Notes under the pieces: generated by a model
Database searches by the model: none
Seen by the model: the letters and a program-made list of their open reading frames with translations, nothing else
What the model was told of the DNA's origin: nothing
DNA from: Pseudomonadota bacterium
GTDB lineage: Bacteria; Pseudomonadota; Alphaproteobacteria; Rhodobacterales; Rhodobacteraceae
Assembly (NCBI GenBank): GCA_039190145.1
Contig: JBCCYG010000001.1
Location: 5,941-69,940 of the forward strand
Direction: 5' to 3'
DNA length: 64,000 nucleotides
Part shown: in pieces, positions 1 to 10,189 of the stretch
Layout of the letters: each line of letters opens with the position of its first letter
Numbering within the stretch: position 1 is the stretch's first letter
Position numbers and translations under genes: made by a program

Positions 1-33
1 CACGCGCTGCAAAACGCGGCTCAGTAGACACGC

Positions 34-1056
34 ATGGACAGCGCGGCCGATCTTTGGCTCGCCTACAAGCTACGCTGGCGCCGTCGCCGCTATCTCGCCC
101 GCGCCTGGAGGCGGCGAACCGAGCTCACACCCCTAAGTGATCGCACCTCGTCCATCCGGCCAGGCGACATTCTGTGTTTTTCAACGGTCCGGAATGAGAC
201 CGCGCGGCTGCCGTTCTTTCTCGATCACCATCGGGGCCTCGGGGTCTCTCAGTTCCTGATGGTTGATAACGGGAGCGATGACGGGACGCGCGAGTACCTC
301 ACAGGGCAAAACGACGTCTCCCTGTGGTCCACCGAGGCGAGTTACAAGGCGTCCCGCTTTGGGGTCGACTGGCTCAACCGTCTCCAGCATATCCATGCGC
401 CCAGCCACTGGGTTCTGACGCTCGATGCCGACGAGATTCTCGTTTACCCGGACTGTGAGACACGCGACCTGCGGGAGCTCACCGCCTGGCTTTCATCCGC
501 GGGTCGGATGAGTTTTGGGGCGCTGATGCTGGATATGTATCCAGACGGACCCCTCGCGGGGGCGTCTTATGCGCCGGGGCGTCCAGTTTGGGAAACGCTC
601 ACGCATTTTGACGCCTGGGGTTACACGTGGGAGCAGCAGGCCAAGTTTCGAAATATCTCCATCCGCGGTGGGCCACGGAAGCGGGTTTTCTTTAGCGATG
701 CGCCGGATCACGCCCCACACTTGCACAAAGTGCCGCTTCTGCGATGGCGGCGCGGCATGGCCTATGCGAGCTCGACACACCTCGCGTTGCCGAGATCGCT
801 CAACGACGCGTTCGATGCGCGTAACCAGGCACCCACCGGGGCGCTTCTCCATTCAAAGTTCCTCCCGGAGGTGGTCGCGAAGTCCGCTGAGGAGAAGACC
901 CGGGCGGAGCATTTCACCCATCCGGACAGGTATGGGGACTACTACGATCGGATCACGCAGAGCCCAAACCTCGTGGGAGAGCCATCGATGAGATATGAAG
1001 GCCCCGCGCAGCTTGAGGCGTTGGGGCTCATGCGCCGGGGCAACTGGCCGGGTTAA
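34..1056 (+). CDS. Glycosyltransferase family 2-like protein (Glyco_tranf_2_4 type)
   Basis: VRNE..RLPFFLDHH, VDNGSDDGT and LDADE (DXD) motifs; paralog of 1232-2242. Confidence 0.85.
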   Translation: MDSAADLWLAYKLRWRRRRYLARAWRRRTELTPLSDRTSSIRPGDILCFSTVRNETARLPFFLDHHRGLGVSQFLMVDNGSDDGTREYLTGQNDVSLWSTEASYKASRFGVDWLNRLQHIHAPSHWVLTLDADEILVYPDCETRDLRELTAWLSSAGRMSFGALMLDMYPDGPLAGASYAPGRPVWETLTHFDAWGYTWEQQAKFRNISIRGGPRKRVFFSDAPDHAPHLHKVPLLRWRRGMAYASSTHLALPRSLNDAFDARNQAPTGALLHSKFLPEVVAKSAEEKTRAEHFTHPDRYGDYYDRITQSPNLVGEPSMRYEGPAQLEALGLMRRGNWPG

Positions 1057-1173
1057 TTGTTGCACGCCTGTGGACAAATTATTTGTCTGAGGCCGTTTCA
1101 GACCCTATCACCCTAGCAAGCCCTGCATTTGAGACGGGGCGGGTAGGTACCTGCCCGGATTTGGCAAAAGCGG

Positions 1174-1188
1174 TTAACCCCTCTTTAC
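1174..1188. promoter_or_regulatory. CtrA-like box upstream of the glycan operon
   Basis: TTAA-CCCCTCT-TTAC, one mismatch to TTAA-N7-TTAA, in the intergenic gap. Confidence 0.4.
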
Positions 1189-1231
1189 CATCTGGGCGCG
1201 TAGAAGCGGGCAGCAGGTTACGAGGTCAGGC

Positions 1232-2242
1232 TTGGGCGTTTGGGGAACATATCGTCTGCGGCTCAGGCGAAAGCGCTACATCGCTCGGGCGATCCGCAAA
1301 CGGCGTGAGCTGCGCAGCGTCGTCAACCGAACCGGCGACATCAAGAAGGGCGACATCCTCCTTTTCTCGACCCAGCGGAACGAGAAAATCCGCCTTCCCT
1401 ACTTTCTGAAATACTACCGCGACCTGGGGGTCGATCACTTTATCATCGTCGACAATGACAGCGATGACGGGTCAGTTCCTTACCTTGCGGCGCAGCCTGA
1501 CGTGTCCGTCTGGCACACGGCGGCGAGCTACCGGCGCTCTCGCTACGGCGTGGACTGGCTGAATTACCTTCAGTGGCGCTATGCGCACAAGCACTGGACG
1601 CTTGTCGTCGACCCGGATGAGTTCCTTGTCTATCCGTTCTGCGATACCCGACCGCTTCCCGCGCTGACGGACTGGCTTGATGCCTCCGGCATTCCCTCGT
1701 TCGGCGCCATGCTCCTCGACATGTATCCCAAGGGCCGGCTCAACGAGCAGCCCTATCGCGAAGGCCAGGACCCGCTTGAGATCGCGAGCTGGTTTGACGC
1801 GGGCAATTACTCGATCAAGAAGAACGAGACTTATCAGAACCTCTGGATTCAGGGCGGGCCCCGCGCGCGGACCTTCTTCCCGACGAACCCGACAAAGGCA
1901 CCCGCGTTGAACAAGACGCCGCTGGTGAAGTGGAACAGTTCCTTTGTCTATGTGAGCTCAACGCACATGCTGCTGCCTCGGAAGCTCAACAAAGTCTATG
2001 ATCCCCTGGGCGGTGAGAAGGCATCAGGCGTTCTGCTCCATACGAAGTTTCTCGATACCTTCTCGATTAAGGCGGCCGAAGAGCTCAACCGGCGCCAACA
2101 CTATAGCGGGTCCGTAGAGTACAAGGCCTATGCTGAGGGGATGAACAAGGAGCCGGACCTGTGGTGCAAGTGGTCTGAGAAGTACATCAACTGGCGGCAG
2201 CTTGAGATTTTGGGCCTGATGTCCAAGGGCAATTGGGCATGA
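1232..2242 (+). CDS. Glycosyltransferase family 2-like protein
   Basis: QRNEKIRLPYFL, VDNDSDDGS and VDPDE motifs; TTG start uncertain. Confidence 0.85.
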   Translation: MGVWGTYRLRLRRKRYIARAIRKRRELRSVVNRTGDIKKGDILLFSTQRNEKIRLPYFLKYYRDLGVDHFIIVDNDSDDGSVPYLAAQPDVSVWHTAASYRRSRYGVDWLNYLQWRYAHKHWTLVVDPDEFLVYPFCDTRPLPALTDWLDASGIPSFGAMLLDMYPKGRLNEQPYREGQDPLEIASWFDAGNYSIKKNETYQNLWIQGGPRARTFFPTNPTKAPALNKTPLVKWNSSFVYVSSTHMLLPRKLNKVYDPLGGEKASGVLLHTKFLDTFSIKAAEELNRRQHYSGSVEYKAYAEGMNKEPDLWCKWSEKYINWRQLEILGLMSKGNWA

Positions 2243-3963
2243 GTGCCACGGACAGCACCGAGGGCACGCTGGGCATTGTCATGCTCGTACACAATGCCTT
2301 GCACCGCGCGGAGCAGGTGGCGCGCCATTGGGCGGCATCCGGCTGCCCGGTTGTGATCCACATTGACCGCAAGGTCAAAAACGCCAAATGCGACCGCTTC
2401 ATCGAAGCGCTGTCGGACGAGCCGCTGATCGAGTTTTCGGCTCGGCACCGCTGCGAATGGGGCACCTGGGGCATCGTCGCGGGCACCCAGGCCGCCGCAG
2501 AGCAGATCATGAAGCACTTCCCGTCCGTGCGGCATGTCTACCTCGCGTCTGGCTCTTGTCTGCCGCTCCGCCCGGTGCAGGAGCTCATCGACTACCTCGC
2601 CGAGCGTCCGCGCACGGACTTCATCGAAAGCGCGACGACGGCGGATGTTCCCTGGACCGTGGGCGGCCTCGATGAGGAGCGCTTTACCCTGCGCTTCCCG
2701 TTCTCTTGGAAAAAGCACCGCAAGCTCTTTGACCGCTATGTCGAGCTTCAGCGCAAGCTGAACATGAAGCGAAAGATCCCTGAGGGGATCGTGCCGCACA
2801 TGGGCTCGCAATGGTGGTGCCTTACGCGGCGCACGCTGAGCGCGATCCTGACCGACCCGGACAGAGAGACCTATGACGCCTACTTCTCCCGCGTCTGGAT
2901 CCCCGATGAGAGTTACTTTCAGACGCTTTGCCGTCTCTACTCCACCGACGTGCAGTCGCGGTCGCTGACGCTGTCGAAATTCGACCATCAGGGCAAGCCG
3001 CACATCTTTTACGACGACCACCTGCAGCTGCTGCGCCGGTCGGACTGCTTTGTTGCGCGCAAGATATGGCCGCGCGCGACCCTGCTCTATGACAGCTTTC
3101 TGACCGATGAAGAGCACGCGATGAAAAAGGCGGAGCCAAATCGCGGCAAGATAGACAGGGTCTTTTCCCGCGCCACGGATTTGCGCGTGCTGGGGCGGCG
3201 CGGTCTCTACATGCAGTCGCGCTTTCCGCTCACGCAATGGAACGATGGGGTGACCTGCGGGCCCTACACCGTCTTTGAAGGCTTCACGGATATCTTTGAG
3301 GATTGGGAAGAATGGCTTGCGAAAAACACCGGCGCGCGCGTCCACGGACACCTCTTTGCGGAAAACTGGGTGCAGTTCGCCAACCGTGAATCCACCTTTG
3401 CCGGGGCGCTTTATGACAGCGCCGAGGCGCGGGACTACAACAGCCGCGCCTTCCTGACGAACCTCATCTGGAACACGCGGGGCGAGCATCAGTGCTTCCA
3501 GTTTGGCCCATGGGATTCGCAATTCATCCACTGGGATCTCGCCACCGACCCCAATGCCCGCATCTACATCATCACCGGCGCCTGGGCGCTCCAGCATTTC
3601 CGCTCCAACGCCGACTTTGTCGACATCCGACGCGACGCGGCCTGGCGGCAAAAGATCGAGGCCGACCACCTCTATGCGCTCAAGAGCCGGTGGGCGAAGG
3701 CCAAGATCAAGATCCTGACCATGACCGAGTTTATCGAGAGCCCGATGGAGCATCTCCAGAACATCATCGACGATCTGTCTGGCGAAGGCGCAAGGCGGCT
3801 GACGGAGGCACCGCGGATGCAAAACCTGCGCGGCTTCGGCAAGTTTCTCCAGACGCTCAAGAACGAGGGGATGCACCCGTACCTCATGGGGGATTACCCG
3901 ATCACAGACCTGCCCGAGCGGCCGCGCCAACGGATGCGCAAGCCGTATCTCGTGAAGAAATAG
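2239..3963 (+). CDS. Core-2/I-branching beta-1,6-GlcNAc transferase (GT14-like) with C-terminal extension
   Basis: IHID, CEWG, LASGSCLP, GSQWW and IPDESYFQT motifs; ATGA overlap with upstream gene. Confidence 0.8.
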   Translation: MSATDSTEGTLGIVMLVHNALHRAEQVARHWAASGCPVVIHIDRKVKNAKCDRFIEALSDEPLIEFSARHRCEWGTWGIVAGTQAAAEQIMKHFPSVRHVYLASGSCLPLRPVQELIDYLAERPRTDFIESATTADVPWTVGGLDEERFTLRFPFSWKKHRKLFDRYVELQRKLNMKRKIPEGIVPHMGSQWWCLTRRTLSAILTDPDRETYDAYFSRVWIPDESYFQTLCRLYSTDVQSRSLTLSKFDHQGKPHIFYDDHLQLLRRSDCFVARKIWPRATLLYDSFLTDEEHAMKKAEPNRGKIDRVFSRATDLRVLGRRGLYMQSRFPLTQWNDGVTCGPYTVFEGFTDIFEDWEEWLAKNTGARVHGHLFAENWVQFANRESTFAGALYDSAEARDYNSRAFLTNLIWNTRGEHQCFQFGPWDSQFIHWDLATDPNARIYIITGAWALQHFRSNADFVDIRRDAAWRQKIEADHLYALKSRWAKAKIKILTMTEFIESPMEHLQNIIDDLSGEGARRLTEAPRMQNLRGFGKFLQTLKNEGMHPYLMGDYPITDLPERPRQRMRKPYLVKK

Positions 3964-3972
3964 GCCTAGGGG

Positions 3973-5397
3973 ATGCCTCAGCCGTTCGACTATTTCGTTC
4001 TCTTTGCCGAGATGCGGACCGGCTCGAACTTCCTTGAGGCCAATATCAATCTCTTCCCCGATCTCGCCTGCCTGGGCGAGGTGTTTAACCCTTACTTCAT
4101 CGCCTATCCGAAGACGGCGGAATTCCTCGGCTTTGATCAGGCGACCCGGGACGAGGACCCTTCCGCAGTGCTGAAGGCGATCCGGGAGAAGGACGGGATC
4201 AACGGCTTTCGCTTCTTTCATGACCACCATGCGGGCGTCATCGAGGAGATCCTGGCAGACCCGCGCTGCGCCAAGGTCATCCTCACCAGGAACCCCATCG
4301 AAAGCTATGTGAGCTGGAAAATCGCGCAGGCCACCGGGCAGTGGAAGCTGACCAATGCCGCCAAACGCAAGGATGGCAAAGCCACCTTTCAGCGCAAGGA
4401 GTTCGAGGCGCATCTGAGCAACCTCCAGGGCTTTCAGATCAAGCTCCTCAACGCGCTGCAAAAGTCAGGGCAGACCGCCTTTTACGTGGCCTATGAGGAC
4501 GTCCAAGACCTTGAGGTTTTGAACGGGCTCGCGAAGTTCCTGGGCTCCGAGACGGTGCTCGAGAGCCTGACCAAGAAGCTCAAGCGGCAAAACCCCGCCC
4601 CGCTGTCCGAGAAGGTCGAGAACTACGCGGAGATGGAGGCCGCCCTGGCCGCGATCGACCGGTTTGACCTCACGCGCACGCCCAATTTCGAGCCCCGGCG
4701 GGGGCCGGTCGTGCCAACTTATCTGGCCGCTGCCCACGCGCCGCTCCTTTACATGCCGCTGCGCTCGGGCCCCGAGGATCGGGTAAAGGCATGGCTCGCC
4801 GCGATAGACGATGTCGCGACCGACGCGCTCCACACCGATTTCAATCAGCGAGCGCTCAGGCAGTGGAAGCGGCAGCATCCCGGTCACCGATCTTTCACGG
4901 TGCTGCGTCACCCGGTACCCCGCGCCTACCGCACCTTTCAGGACCGAATTCTGGGCGTCGGGGAAGGGTCATTCCTCGAGATCCGCCGGAAACTTATCAA
5001 CCACTACGACGTCCCACTCCCCCAAGATGGGCCGGGTAGCAGCTGGGGCGCGGCGGAACAGAAGGCAGCCTTTGAGGGCTTCCTCGCCTTCCTCAAGCTC
5101 AATCTCGGCGGTCAGACCGCAATCCGCGTAGACCCGGCCTGGGCCACGCAGGCCGTGGCGCTGCAGGGCTTTGCCGATTTCGCGCAGCCCGACATGGTCC
5201 TGCGGGAAGAGAGCCTCGAGGTCGAGTTGGCCATGCTCGCCGAGCTCGTGGGCGTCCCCTGCCCGGACGTGCCGGAGCCGGAAGCCAACGACACCGTCGA
5301 TCTCAGTGATATCTACGATGAGGGGCTCGAAGCCGCCGTGCGCGACGTCTACCAGCGCGATTACATGACCTTCGGCTTTGAAAGCTGGTCCGGCTGA
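3973..5397 (+). CDS. Two-domain sulfotransferase (NodH/Stf0-like)
   Basis: MRTGSN PAPS-binding loop, LTRNPIESYVSW, and a second FTVLRHP motif. Confidence 0.75.
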   Translation: MPQPFDYFVLFAEMRTGSNFLEANINLFPDLACLGEVFNPYFIAYPKTAEFLGFDQATRDEDPSAVLKAIREKDGINGFRFFHDHHAGVIEEILADPRCAKVILTRNPIESYVSWKIAQATGQWKLTNAAKRKDGKATFQRKEFEAHLSNLQGFQIKLLNALQKSGQTAFYVAYEDVQDLEVLNGLAKFLGSETVLESLTKKLKRQNPAPLSEKVENYAEMEAALAAIDRFDLTRTPNFEPRRGPVVPTYLAAAHAPLLYMPLRSGPEDRVKAWLAAIDDVATDALHTDFNQRALRQWKRQHPGHRSFTVLRHPVPRAYRTFQDRILGVGEGSFLEIRRKLINHYDVPLPQDGPGSSWGAAEQKAAFEGFLAFLKLNLGGQTAIRVDPAWATQAVALQGFADFAQPDMVLREESLEVELAMLAELVGVPCPDVPEPEANDTVDLSDIYDEGLEAAVRDVYQRDYMTFGFESWSG

Positions 5398-5405
5398 CAG
5401 CCTGT

Positions 5406-5870
5406 TCAGGCCGCCGCACTCGTCGGGAACTGCGTCAGGATGCCGTGAAGCGCGGCCGGGCTTCGGTTGGAGCGGAGTTTCTCGCAGATGCCCTCGTCCC
5501 GCAGGGTCCGCGCCACGAGTGCGAGCGCCTTGAGGTGGTCAACACCGGCGGCTTCCGGTGCAAACAGGCAAAAGACGAGGTCGACGGGCTGCTTATCCAC
5601 CGCGTCAAACTCGAGCGGCTTGTCGAGGCGCACAAACCCGCCCACGACGCCGGAAAGCTCGGGAAGCCGCGCATGGGGAAGCGCCACGCCCTTGCCCACC
5701 GCGGTTGGACCGAGGTTCTCCCGTTCCAAAAGGGCTTCGACGGCGGTCGGGACGACCACGCCATGGGCGTCAGCCACCATATCGGCCACATCGTGAAACA
5801 GGCGTTTCTTCGAGGTGGTGGAAGCCATTACTTTCACCGCCTCGGGCTTGAGGATGCTGCTCAGGTCCAT
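5406..5870 (-). CDS. ptsN: PTS EIIA-Ntr
   Basis: ERENLGPTAVGKGVALPHAR phospho-His motif; downstream of hpf. Confidence 0.92.
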   Translation of the reverse strand: MDLSSILKPEAVKVMASTTSKKRLFHDVADMVADAHGVVVPTAVEALLERENLGPTAVGKGVALPHARLPELSGVVGGFVRLDKPLEFDAVDKQPVDLVFCLFAPEAAGVDHLKALALVARTLRDEGICEKLRSNRSPAALHGILTQFPTSAAA

Positions 5871-5896
5871 CTTCGCTTTCGCCTTTTACTGCGATC

Positions 5897-6472
5897 TCAT
5901 GCCGACGGAGTCGGGTCGATCCAGCCAATGTTGCCGTCGTCTCTCCGGTAGACGACGTTCGTCCGTCCGGCGGTTTCGTTCGTAAATACCAGCACGGGTG
6001 ACCCTGCAAGCTCCATCTGCATCACCGCTTCGCCCACCGAGAGGGACGGTATCTTCGTCTCCATCTCAGCCACGATCACGGGTTGCAGCGAGTCTGGCTC
6101 AGCGTCGTCACTGGCATCCGATGCGGCGAGGATATACGAGGCACCGCCTGAGAGTTCAACCGGCTGCGCACGGTCCTTGTGGTGGTCCTTCAGCCGCCTT
6201 TTGTAGCGCCGAAGCTGCTTGTCCATCTTCTCCGCCGCCGCTTCAAAAGCCGCATATATTTCAACGGCTTGGCCCTTCGCCTGGACGGTCAAACCGGTGC
6301 TCAGATGGACAATGGTTTCGCATACATGCTCATGCGCGGACTTTGAAAAGATCACCGTGGCATCTGTCGGTCTGCCTGCATACTTGCCGATTGTTTCCCC
6401 CAGCGAGTCCTCCACATGGGTCTGGAGCGCGGAGCCGATATCGATCTGTTTGCCGGTGATCTGGTAGCGCAT
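5897..6472 (-). CDS. hpf: Ribosome hibernation promoting factor (long HPF/RaiA)
   Basis: MRYQITGKQIDIG start, KQLRRYKRRLKDHH, VVYRRDDGNIGWIDP; GAGG RBS. Confidence 0.93.
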   Translation of the reverse strand: MRYQITGKQIDIGSALQTHVEDSLGETIGKYAGRPTDATVIFSKSAHEHVCETIVHLSTGLTVQAKGQAVEIYAAFEAAAEKMDKQLRRYKRRLKDHHKDRAQPVELSGGASYILAASDASDDAEPDSLQPVIVAEMETKIPSLSVGEAVMQMELAGSPVLVFTNETAGRTNVVYRRDDGNIGWIDPTPSA

Positions 6473-6678
6473 GAAACCTCTCTTTCGTTCGGGCGGACAC
6501 GTCATAAGGGCACCATGGGGCGCCTGAGCGTGTCACCTGGGGGAATTCAGCTTGGTCTTCGGTTGTCGTCCGCTATCAGCCCGCGAGGACCGTGATTTAG
6601 GGAGACTGCCGAAGGAGCCTTGCATCCCCTTAATGTGGCGACCGACCCTGCCACATGTCAATGGAAAGACCGTTAAGA

Positions 6679-7434
6679 TCACTTGAACCGGAAATTTGCG
6701 CCGAGATAGACGCGGCGGACGTTTTCGTCTTCCACGATTTCTTCGGTGGTCCCTGACATGAGCACTTGGCCGTCATGCAGGATGTAGGCGCGGTCAACGA
6801 TGCCGAGCGTCTCCTGCACATTGTGGTCGGTGATGAGCACGCCCAGCCCGCGCGATTTCAGATCGTTCACAAGGTTCCGGATCTCGCCCACGGCGATGGG
6901 GTCAACGCCCGCGAAGGGCTCGTCGAGGAGAAGATATTTGGGGTTCGCGGCGAGGCAGCGCGCGATCTCGACCCGGCGCCTTTCACCCCCCGAGAGCGCG
7001 AGGGCTGGCGCCCGGCGCAGATGCTCGATGGAGAACTCAGCCAGAAGCTCTTCCAACCGGCGCCGTCTTTTGTCCCGCTTGGGTTCTGAAATCTCGAGTA
7101 TCGCCAGTATGTTATCTTCGACGTTGAGACCCCGGAAAATCGACATCTCTTGCGGCAGATAGCCGATCCCTTCATTGGCGCGGCGATACATCGGCAGGGC
7201 CGATACGTCGCGCCCGTCCACAAGGACCTGCCCGGCCTCAGCATCTACGAGGCCCGCAATGGCATAAAAGCATGTGGTCTTGCCCGATCCGTTGGGACCC
7301 AAAAGCCCCACGACCTCACCGCGCGACAGATCAAGGCTGACATCACGAATGACGAGCCGCTTCCGGTAGCTCTTTCGCAGATTGCGGACCGACAGCCCCG
7401 CAGCGCCATCGCTTATCTTCAGCTCCGGCTTCAT
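6679..7434 (-). CDS. lptB: LPS export ABC ATP-binding protein
   Basis: GPNGSGKT, LSGGERRR, LLDEPFAGVDP and ITDHNV motifs. Confidence 0.95.
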   Translation of the reverse strand: MKPELKISDGAAGLSVRNLRKSYRKRLVIRDVSLDLSRGEVVGLLGPNGSGKTTCFYAIAGLVDAEAGQVLVDGRDVSALPMYRRANEGIGYLPQEMSIFRGLNVEDNILAILEISEPKRDKRRRRLEELLAEFSIEHLRRAPALALSGGERRRVEIARCLAANPKYLLLDEPFAGVDPIAVGEIRNLVNDLKSRGLGVLITDHNVQETLGIVDRAYILHDGQVLMSGTTEEIVEDENVRRVYLGANFRFK

Positions 7435-7910
7435 TCGTTTGATTGGAGCACGGTGCGTACGCGCCCTTCAAGCAGTGCCGTTCCGCTGGCCAGATCAACG
7501 CGCATGGTGTCCGATGACACGGCGTTACTGCCCTGGATCAGGAGAACATCGCCGGACAGAAAGATCGAATCATCGGAGAGCTCGTAGAGCGCTGTCCGCG
7601 ATTCCGCTTCTTCCTCCGGCGTCACGAACGTCACGCCGCCCTCCGCGAATATGCGGGAGATGCCGCCTGTATCGGCGTAATTCACCGTCACGCGCGGGGC
7701 GGCCAGGCGAAGCTCGCCCTGCCCGATCACTACATTCCCGGTCAGGAGTGCCGAACCATCGACCTGATCGATGGCCATCGAATCCGCGGCGATCTCGATA
7801 GGGAGGTCGCCATCCTGGTTGAACCCGGCAAAGGCGACCTGCAGGCCTTGAGCCAGGGCGAAACTCGGCACCATCAAGGCGCAGACTGTCAGTACTCTCA
7901 ACAGGGTCAC
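7431..7910 (-). CDS. lptA: LPS transport periplasmic protein (LptA/OstA)
   Basis: Signal peptide, PIEIAAD, GNVVIGQG, GRVRTVL; synteny with lptB/lptC. Confidence 0.88.
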   Translation of the reverse strand: MTLLRVLTVCALMVPSFALAQGLQVAFAGFNQDGDLPIEIAADSMAIDQVDGSALLTGNVVIGQGELRLAAPRVTVNYADTGGISRIFAEGGVTFVTPEEEAESRTALYELSDDSIFLSGDVLLIQGSNAVSSDTMRVDLASGTALLEGRVRTVLQSNE

Positions 7911-8527
7911 TCATCTCCCTCCGGCTGGGCCGAATGATACACCAATTTTACCTCCCCTTGAAAGGTAATGACGTGCTCTTCGCTCGGGTTTGGTCGCTTC
8001 ATGGTCATTTGGTTTGCGGTGACGCGGCCAAACGGCGCTTCCACGGCGATGGGGCCCAGGGTCTCGACGTCCGACGTGGCGAGATCGGCTAAGAGCGTGT
8101 CTGTTCGGATACTTATGCCGTCCGAAGTGGTGATCAGCGTCCCGCCGCTCAGACGCGCAGTGCCGGCCTCGTTGTCGACATCGGCGATCGGCGCGGTGGC
8201 GCTGAGCGTCAAGGATTGCGCAGTCTCAAATCGCGCATCCATATCAGTCATGCGGAAACTATCCCGGTTATCGGCGCTTGGGATCGCGGCACGGCCGGTG
8301 AGGGTAACCGCGGTGCCATCCTCGGTCACGCCAGCGAAGTACGGGGATGATACCTGCTGCTCCTGGACAAGCTGATCCACGTTCAGCTCCGCATAGGGGA
8401 TGGACTCCGTCGGGTCGACTTCACCCGAAAAGAAGAAAAGCGTCGAGAGCAGCGCGAGTGCCGCAAGCGGGAGCAGCACCTTGAGCGTGTTGACGGTGCG
8501 CGAATAGGTATCGGCCCGCGGTGCCAC
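7907..8527 (-). CDS. lptC: LPS export protein LptC
   Basis: Single N-terminal TM (LKVLLPLAALALLSTLF), F.GEVKLVY C-terminus; lies between kdsD and lptA. Confidence 0.82.
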   Translation of the reverse strand: MAPRADTYSRTVNTLKVLLPLAALALLSTLFFFSGEVDPTESIPYAELNVDQLVQEQQVSSPYFAGVTEDGTAVTLTGRAAIPSADNRDSFRMTDMDARFETAQSLTLSATAPIADVDNEAGTARLSGGTLITTSDGISIRTDTLLADLATSDVETLGPIAVEAPFGRVTANQMTMKRPNPSEEHVITFQGEVKLVYHSAQPEGDE

Positions 8528-9489
8528 TAGCCGAGCCCGACGCGCAGGCAGTCATGGATGTGGATGAGACCCACGGGCATGTCGCCCTCCGTGACAAAGA
8601 GGCACGTGATCTTGGGCGTGCCCATATTCATCTGCGCGAGCGCCTCTTCTGCGAGGGCGTCCGCGCGAATGGTCCGTGGCGACATCGTCATCACCTCCTG
8701 TGCGGTCCGGGACAAAAGCCCGTCCATATGGCGGCGCAGGTCACCATCAGTGACAACGCCCACCAGCGCGCCTTCCGCATCGGTGACACCCACGACGCCA
8801 AAGCCCTTTTGCGAGATCGCAAGCAGGACCTCCCCCATGGGCGTTGCCTTGGCCACAAGCGGCAAGGCCTCGCCCGAATGCATGAGGTCGGCAACGCGCG
8901 AAAGCTGCGCGCCAAGCTTACCACCGGGATGGAATTCCCGGAAGTTTGCCGGGGTGAACTGCCGATGTTCCATGAGCGCCACAGCGAGCGCATCGCCCAG
9001 CGCCAAGGTCATTGTCGTGGTCGATGTAGGCACATTGCCGGTCCCGCAGGCTTCCTCCACCTTGGGGAGGATGAGCGCCACGTCGGATTGTTTGATGAGG
9101 GAGCTATCGGGATTGGTAGCCACCCCAATCAGCGGGATGGAAAACCGGCGCGTATGGGCCACGACATCCACGAGCTCCGGCGTCTCACCGCTATTCGATA
9201 GAACAAGCACAACGTCGCCGTGGCTCATCATCCCAAGATCGCCGTGGGAGGCTTCTGCGGGGTGAACAAACTGAGCAGGTGTCCCCGTGGAGGCAAAGGT
9301 CGCTGCGATTTTTCGCGCCACGTGGCCCGATTTCCCCATGCCGCAGACGATGACGCGACCCTTGGCCTGCAGCAGGGTCTCTACCGCCTCGCCGAAGCTC
9401 TCATCGAGCGCATTCGCGAGCGAGCCCAGCGCCGCGCCTTCGATGCGGATCACCCTTCGAGCGGTTTCGAGAAATTCGGCGCGGGTCAT
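8527..9489 (-). CDS. kdsD: Arabinose-5-phosphate isomerase (KpsF/GutQ; SIS + CBS)
   Basis: GMGKSGH, HPAEASHGDLG and FHPGGKLG motifs, CBS pair. Confidence 0.93.
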   Translation of the reverse strand: MTRAEFLETARRVIRIEGAALGSLANALDESFGEAVETLLQAKGRVIVCGMGKSGHVARKIAATFASTGTPAQFVHPAEASHGDLGMMSHGDVVLVLSNSGETPELVDVVAHTRRFSIPLIGVATNPDSSLIKQSDVALILPKVEEACGTGNVPTSTTTMTLALGDALAVALMEHRQFTPANFREFHPGGKLGAQLSRVADLMHSGEALPLVAKATPMGEVLLAISQKGFGVVGVTDAEGALVGVVTDGDLRRHMDGLLSRTAQEVMTMSPRTIRADALAEEALAQMNMGTPKITCLFVTEGDMPVGLIHIHDCLRVGLG

Positions 9490-9492
9490 GGC

Positions 9493-10107
9493 TTAGGAAT
9501 GGGCAAAGATGTCGGTGTCGGGCCAACCGGCCAGGTCGAGCTTGGCGCGCGTTGGAAGAAAGTCGAAGCAGGCCTGGGCCAGTTGCTTGCGGCCCTCCCG
9601 CTCAAGGCGTTCGTCGAGCTTTTCCTTGAGACGGTGGAGGTAAAGCACGTCTGAGGCGGCGTATTCCATCTGCGCCTCGGAAAGCGCGCCGGCCCCCCAA
9701 TCCGACATCTGCTGTTGCTTGGAGATGTCGACGTCTATGAGCTCGGCAGTCAGGTTCTTGAGCCCGTGGCGGTCGGTATATGTCCGCACGAGGCGGCTGG
9801 CGATTTTGGTGCAGTAAACCGGTGCCGCAAGCGCCCCGAAGGCATGGAACATGACCGCGATGTCGAAGCGTCCATAGTGGAAGAGCTTTAGGACGGTCGG
9901 GTCGCGGAGCAGCGCTGCGAGATTTGGCGCCTCCGTTTGCCCCTTTTCGATCTGGACGAGATGCGCGGTGCCATCCCCACCGGAGAGCTGCACGAGGCAG
10001 AGCCGGTCACGGTGCGGCAGGAGGCCCATCGTCTCGCAATCAATGGCCACGCTCGGGCCAAGATCAAGCCCGTCGGGCAGGTCGCGCTGGTGGAGGGTGA
10101 TCGTCAT
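9493..10107 (-). CDS. rnd: Ribonuclease D family 3'-5' exonuclease (short form)
   Basis: DEDDy motifs AIDCET, FHYGRFD and YAASDV. Confidence 0.85.
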   Translation of the reverse strand: MTITLHQRDLPDGLDLGPSVAIDCETMGLLPHRDRLCLVQLSGGDGTAHLVQIEKGQTEAPNLAALLRDPTVLKLFHYGRFDIAVMFHAFGALAAPVYCTKIASRLVRTYTDRHGLKNLTAELIDVDISKQQQMSDWGAGALSEAQMEYAASDVLYLHRLKEKLDERLEREGRKQLAQACFDFLPTRAKLDLAGWPDTDIFAHS

Positions 10108-10189
10108 TCTGCGCCTTATCTAAGGTGCTGGCTGGGTGGACGCCAGGGCCGACGCTGTCAAGCTTGCCCGCGAGCGATAAGATCGCCTC

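Noticed and set aside
1069-1077. DnaA-box-like TGTGGACAA
   Set aside because: Single one-mismatch 9-mer; no cluster or AT-rich unwinding element.
2128-4461. 777-aa minus-strand ORF
   Set aside because: Antisense shadow of the GT14 and sulfotransferase genes, expected in GC-rich DNA; no motifs.
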